In this document: positions 59,689-64,000 of the stretch, in pieces
Layout: every line of letters starts with the position of its first letter
Numbering within the stretch: position 1 is the stretch's first letter
Source of the DNA: Bacillota bacterium
GTDB lineage: Bacteria; Bacillota; Clostridia; Peptostreptococcales; Acidaminobacteraceae
Direction: 5' to 3'
Length of the DNA stretch: 64,000 bases
Assembly: GCA_033549245.1 (NCBI GenBank)
Contig: JAWSUW010000001.1
Coordinates: 1,755 to 65,754 of the forward strand
Made by a program: the position numbers and the translations under genes
The notes under the pieces: generated by a model
Told to the model about the DNA's origin: nothing
Databases searched by the model: none
The model's input: the letters and a program-made list of their open reading frames with translations, nothing else

Positions 59689-60821
59689 TGGCGAGACAAG
59701 TTAAGTTTCTTCAAGGAAATGAAGCATGTGTAGAAGGTGCATTGATGGCCGGTATGCGATTTTATTCAGGATATCCAATTACTCCTTCAACTGAAATTGC
59801 TGAATTATCTGCAGAGAAATTACCGAGATTAGGCGGAAAATTTATTCAAATGGAAGATGAAATTGCGGGTATTGCCGCTGCAATCGGTGCATCACTCACC
59901 GGTCTCAAATCAATGACGGCGACATCCGGACCTGGATTCTCGCTTAAGCAAGAAAACATCGGGTACGCAGCTTTGACTGAAATTCCCCTTGTGATAGTTA
60001 ATGTACAACGTGGAGGACCAAGTACAGGACTTCCTACAGCACCGGGTCAAGGTGACGTAATGCAGGCGATGTGGGGAACCCACGGAGATCATCCTGTCAT
60101 TTGTTTGACACCGGATTCAGTAAAAGAAACATTTGATTTGACCGTGAGAGCTTTCAACCTCGCGGAAAAATATAGAACACCTGTCATTTTGTTGACTGAC
60201 GAAATCACAGGCCATATGCGTGAAAAAATCGAAATTCCAGATCAATCTGAAATTGAAGTTTACAATAGAAAAAGACCTGAAAAAGGTGACGATTACAAAG
60301 CCTATAAAGTTTATGACGGAGATATCGTTCCAAAAATGGCCAATTTTGGTGAAGGATTCAGATACCATGTCACTGGCCTTATGCACGACGAAACCGGATT
60401 CCCAAGCAACAGCACAAAGAATGCGGGAATTCTCATGGATCGTCTCATGGCAAAAATTACAGATCATCTCGATGATCTTGTGGATTACGAGGAAATCGAA
60501 CTCGAAGATGCGGAATATGTCATAGTTGCATACGGCGGAAATGCAAGAACTGCAAAATCAGCCGTAAAGAAACTTAGAGCAGAAGGCATCAAGGTTGGAC
60601 TATTCAGACCAATCACTCTTTGGCCGTTTGCTGAAGCCCGCATGAACGAAATCAGTAAAAATGTCAAAGATATACTGGTGACTGAACTCAACTACGGTCA
60701 ACTTAAACTTGAAGTGGAACGTGTTGTCAAAGGCAATTGCCCAGTTAGATTCTTTGGTAAAGCCAACGGTGAAGTTTTGACACCGGAAGAATTGATCCTT
60801 AATTTTAAGGAGGTACTCTAG
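59688..60821 (+). CDS. 2-oxoacid:ferredoxin oxidoreductase alpha subunit (KorA-like)
   Basis: GYPITPSTE, QMEDE, ATSGPG, QRGGPSTGLPT. Confidence 0.93.
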   Translation: MARQVKFLQGNEACVEGALMAGMRFYSGYPITPSTEIAELSAEKLPRLGGKFIQMEDEIAGIAAAIGASLTGLKSMTATSGPGFSLKQENIGYAALTEIPLVIVNVQRGGPSTGLPTAPGQGDVMQAMWGTHGDHPVICLTPDSVKETFDLTVRAFNLAEKYRTPVILLTDEITGHMREKIEIPDQSEIEVYNRKRPEKGDDYKAYKVYDGDIVPKMANFGEGFRYHVTGLMHDETGFPSNSTKNAGILMDRLMAKITDHLDDLVDYEEIELEDAEYVIVAYGGNARTAKSAVKKLRAEGIKVGLFRPITLWPFAEARMNEISKNVKDILVTELNYGQLKLEVERVVKGNCPVRFFGKANGEVLTPEELILNFKEVL

Positions 60822-61637
60822 ATGAATCATCCATTGGTTGAAAATTATTTTAGAATGGACAAGTTTCCACATATATGGTGTCCTGGATGTGGCCATGGTA
60901 TTATAATGGCTTCCATCGCCAGAGCAATCGAGAAACTTGGACTGGACAAAGACAAGGTTTGTGTGGTCTCTGGTATCGGATGCTCTTCAAGAGCTCCAGG
61001 ATATATGGATTTCAACACTCTTCACACAACACATGGTAGAGCTCTTGCTTTTGCAACTGGAGTCAAACTTGCCAACCCTGAACTTGAAGTCATTGTCATC
61101 TCTGGTGATGGAGATCTTTCTGCAATTGGTGGTAATCACTTGATCCACGCCGCAAGAAGAAACATCGGACTCACAACCATCTGTTTCAACAACAACATTT
61201 ACGGTATGACCGGTGGACAATACTCACCGACTACACCAACGCATGATAAAGGCACTACCGCACCTTACGGCAACATTGACAAACCTTTTGACATCACACA
61301 ACTTGCGATTGGAGCGGGAGCAACTTATGCCGCAAAGACCACTGTGTATCATGTCAATCAGATGGACAAGTTCATTGAATCTGCCATCAAGCACAAAGGA
61401 TTTTCACTTGTTGAAGCGATTTCCATTTGTCCGACATACTACGGTAGAAAGAACAAAAAAGGTTCTGTGGTCGATATGATGACATTCCTTAAAGACAGTT
61501 TTGTTGATCATAAAGTCGCTGAAAAATTGCCAGCTGAGAAAAAAGAAGGCAAGTTCTTGATGGGCGAATTCATCAACAAAATCGAACCGGAGTATACAGA
61601 ACTTTATGATGGAATCATTGAAAGCCTAAAAAAGTAG
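60822..61637 (+). CDS. 2-oxoacid:ferredoxin oxidoreductase beta subunit (KorB-like)
   Basis: WCPGCG, SGIGCS, GDGD TPP motif, YGMTGGQ. Confidence 0.93.
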   Translation: MNHPLVENYFRMDKFPHIWCPGCGHGIIMASIARAIEKLGLDKDKVCVVSGIGCSSRAPGYMDFNTLHTTHGRALAFATGVKLANPELEVIVISGDGDLSAIGGNHLIHAARRNIGLTTICFNNNIYGMTGGQYSPTTPTHDKGTTAPYGNIDKPFDITQLAIGAGATYAAKTTVYHVNQMDKFIESAIKHKGFSLVEAISICPTYYGRKNKKGSVVDMMTFLKDSFVDHKVAEKLPAEKKEGKFLMGEFINKIEPEYTELYDGIIESLKK

Positions 61638-61647
61638 TGAGGAGATA

Positions 61648-62190
61648 GTGATGAGTAAGCAATTAGAATTAAGACTGTCCGGATCAGGCGGACAAGGACT
61701 GATCACCGCTGGAATCATATTGGCTGAAGCGGCACTGAAAGATGATAAAAATGCCATCCAGACACAAAGTTATGGTCCAGAAGCACGCGGTGGAGCAAGT
61801 AAAGCCGAAGTCATCATCAGTGACGATGTCATCGACTTTCCTAAAGTGACAATGCCGAATATGACACTTGCTCTCACACAGATCGCAAGTGACAAATATA
61901 TAATGGATATTTCTGAAGATGGCACTGTAATCGTAGATGACTCAATTGTATTGCCAGAAGGCATCAAAGCTGGTAAAATTTTAAGAGTACCGATCATTAA
62001 GACCGCAAAAACAGAAGTCGGCAAAGAAATCGTAGCCAACATCATCGCGCTCGGATTGATCGTGGGTCTTACTGGCATCGTCACAAGAGAAAGTCTTGAG
62101 GCGGCCATCATGTCAAGAGTTCCAAGAGGTACGGAAGAACTCAATAAAATGGCTCTTCAAAAAGGATACGAATTGGCAAAACTATATTAA
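61648..62190 (+). CDS. 2-oxoacid:ferredoxin oxidoreductase gamma subunit (KorC-like)
   Basis: GSGGQG, SYGPEARGG. Confidence 0.93.
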   Translation: MMSKQLELRLSGSGGQGLITAGIILAEAALKDDKNAIQTQSYGPEARGGASKAEVIISDDVIDFPKVTMPNMTLALTQIASDKYIMDISEDGTVIVDDSIVLPEGIKAGKILRVPIIKTAKTEVGKEIVANIIALGLIVGLTGIVTRESLEAAIMSRVPRGTEELNKMALQKGYELAKLY

Positions 62191-62204
62191 GAAATGGTGA
62201 TCAA

Positions 62205-63056
62205 ATGGCGCATGCAGATTTGTTAGGACGCATCAGACAACAGTATATAACACTCAGCAAAAGTCATAAGAAAATAGCAGACTACATTTTATCAAACTTT
62301 GATAAGGTGGCATTTATGACGGCATCCTCACTGGGTAAGAAAGTGAACATCAGTGAATCAACAGTTGTCCGGTTCGCAGGTTCGATAGGCTACGACGGTT
62401 ACCCCGAGCTTCAAAGGGAACTTCAAGAGAGCATTAAGAGCAAGCTTACTACCGTGCAAAGGTTTGAAATGTCAAAAGGCCACAACGAGTCGGACTATCT
62501 GACAAAAATCATGATGGGTGATATAGACAACATTCGCCATACGATCGATCATGTCGATGTGGATATGATCAACATTTTCATAAGCAAGATGATAGGTGCA
62601 AGAAAGGTTCATATACTTGGACTACGAAGTTCTTCGATTCTAGCCAATTATCTCGGATTTTATCTAAATTTTATTTTGCCGGATGTTCACGTTGTTCGTG
62701 AGACCGCGCAAGATGTATACGACCAACTTTTGAACATGACCAGCGAAGATGTATTGGTGGCATTTTCATTCCCGAGGTATTCCAAGAGAACATATGATTG
62801 TGTGGATTATGCCATAGCCAATCACATTCCAATTCTCGGAGTCACGGACGGACTCAATTCTCCTCTTTTTGAAAAGACGGAATTTTGCCTGACCGCCAAA
62901 TACAGCATGAATACATTCGTAGACTCTTTTGTTGCTCCAATGAGCCTTATGAACGCCTTGATTATAGGAACAAGTATCAAGAAAGAAGGCGTTGAAAACA
63001 ATTTGGAGAGACTTGAGCGTATTTGGGAAAGTTATGGTGTATACAACAATAAATAG
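62205..63056 (+). CDS. RpiR/MurR family transcriptional regulator
   Basis: SESTVVRFA HTH; SIS domain with SFPRYS. Confidence 0.92.
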   Translation: MAHADLLGRIRQQYITLSKSHKKIADYILSNFDKVAFMTASSLGKKVNISESTVVRFAGSIGYDGYPELQRELQESIKSKLTTVQRFEMSKGHNESDYLTKIMMGDIDNIRHTIDHVDVDMINIFISKMIGARKVHILGLRSSSILANYLGFYLNFILPDVHVVRETAQDVYDQLLNMTSEDVLVAFSFPRYSKRTYDCVDYAIANHIPILGVTDGLNSPLFEKTEFCLTAKYSMNTFVDSFVAPMSLMNALIIGTSIKKEGVENNLERLERIWESYGVYNNK

Positions 63057-63151
63057 TGATTTGATTATATTGCAAAATTAAGTTATAATTTGTAAGGAGC
63101 ATATACCACCGTTAGGTGGTATTTGTTTTTATTAAATTATAGAGGTAAAAA

Positions 63152-63811
63152 ATGAAAAAGATACAAATTGCAATTGATGGTCCCGCAGGTTCTGGAAAGA
63201 GCACTGTAGCAAAGGAAATCGCAAACAGGCTTAATATTCTTTACCTTGATACAGGTGCCATGTATAGGGCTGTGACCTATGTCGTTCTAAGTCAAGGACA
63301 ATCTGCCCAGGATTCTGAAGTGCTTAAAAAAGTGGTGGATCAGGTTGAAATGGAATTATCCCCCAATCATGTTTTTGTGAACGGTAAGGATGTTTCAGAT
63401 GCCATCAGAACGCCAAATGTCAGTCAAAACGTTTCATTTGTGGCAATGGATGCTTATGTTAGAGAAAAAATGGTAGAGCTCCAGAAAAAAATCGCTGGAG
63501 ACCAATCTGTTGTCATGGACGGAAGAGATATCGCGACACATGTTCTACCCGATGCTGATTTCAAATTCTTTCTGGTGGCATCATCAGAAGAACGGGCAAA
63601 GAGAAGACAAAGTGAACTCTCAAAAAAAGGATATGACATTCCGCTTGAAACCTTGATCGATGAAATCGATAAGCGTGACAAGTTGGATTCTGAAAGAGAA
63701 GTTTCGCCACTGAGACAAGCGGATGACGCCATCAGGGTGGATACTACCAAGATGACTATAGAAGAAGTCATAGGCTTCATTCTTGAGCGCATTGATTCTG
63801 AGTTTTTATAA
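63152..63811 (+). CDS. cmk: Cytidylate kinase
   Basis: IDGPAGSGKS, LDTGAMYR, MDGRDI. Confidence 0.96.
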   Translation: MKKIQIAIDGPAGSGKSTVAKEIANRLNILYLDTGAMYRAVTYVVLSQGQSAQDSEVLKKVVDQVEMELSPNHVFVNGKDVSDAIRTPNVSQNVSFVAMDAYVREKMVELQKKIAGDQSVVMDGRDIATHVLPDADFKFFLVASSEERAKRRQSELSKKGYDIPLETLIDEIDKRDKLDSEREVSPLRQADDAIRVDTTKMTIEEVIGFILERIDSEFL

Positions 63812-63825
63812 AGGGCAGGTATTTA

Positions 63826-64000
63826 ATGGGATTACTTTATCAAATATGTAGAAAAAGTGCTTTTGCTTACTACAGTATTTTTTTCAAACTTGAAGTTGAA
63901 GGACTTGATCAATTGGACACCACCCGCAATTATGTGGTGTGTGCCAATCATCTTAATGTGAATGATCCTTTTATTTTAGGTGGCCTATTACCGTTCGAAA
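63826..64000 (+). CDS. plsC: 1-acyl-sn-glycerol-3-phosphate acyltransferase, N-terminal part (runs off window)
   Basis: Own translation MGLLYQ...VEGL...VVCANHLNVNDP contains the HxxxxD motif; conserved position after cmk. Confidence 0.8.
   Translation, partial: MGLLYQICRKSAFAYYSIFFKLEVEGLDQLDTTRNYVVCANHLNVNDPFILGGLLPFE

Overview
A 64 kb, mostly core-chromosomal segment from an anaerobic, low-GC Gram-positive bacterium (Clostridia-like amino-acid fermenter; taxonomy inferred from gene content only). About 65 genes are on the + strand and only two are on the - strand. In order: a RocR-like sigma-54 activator, an EAL-CBS-GGDEF gene and the B12-dependent oxidative ornithine operon (ord-ortAB-oraSE-reactivase-orr) with a sigma-54 promoter and three upstream boxes; REP-like nested palindromes flanking two orphan response regulators; a sigma-28/CsrA-type-controlled hypothetical gene; a PilB-less type IV pilus-like cluster with a secreted transglutaminase-like protein; iscR-iscS-iscU; T-box-alaS to udk; a degenerate second PilT; aroK-aroQ-efp; nusB-xseAB-ispA; an approximately 550-nt OLE RNA followed by oapA-dxs-tlyA, a chromate-transporter pair, argR-recN; xerD-deoB-pdp; scpAB; a four-subunit 2-oxoacid:ferredoxin oxidoreductase; cmk-plsC. 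The sporulation genes usually embedded in this synteny block are absent. No rRNA, tRNA, CRISPR array, prophage or transposase was recognised. All calls come from motif recognition and remembered family knowledge, not from database searches.
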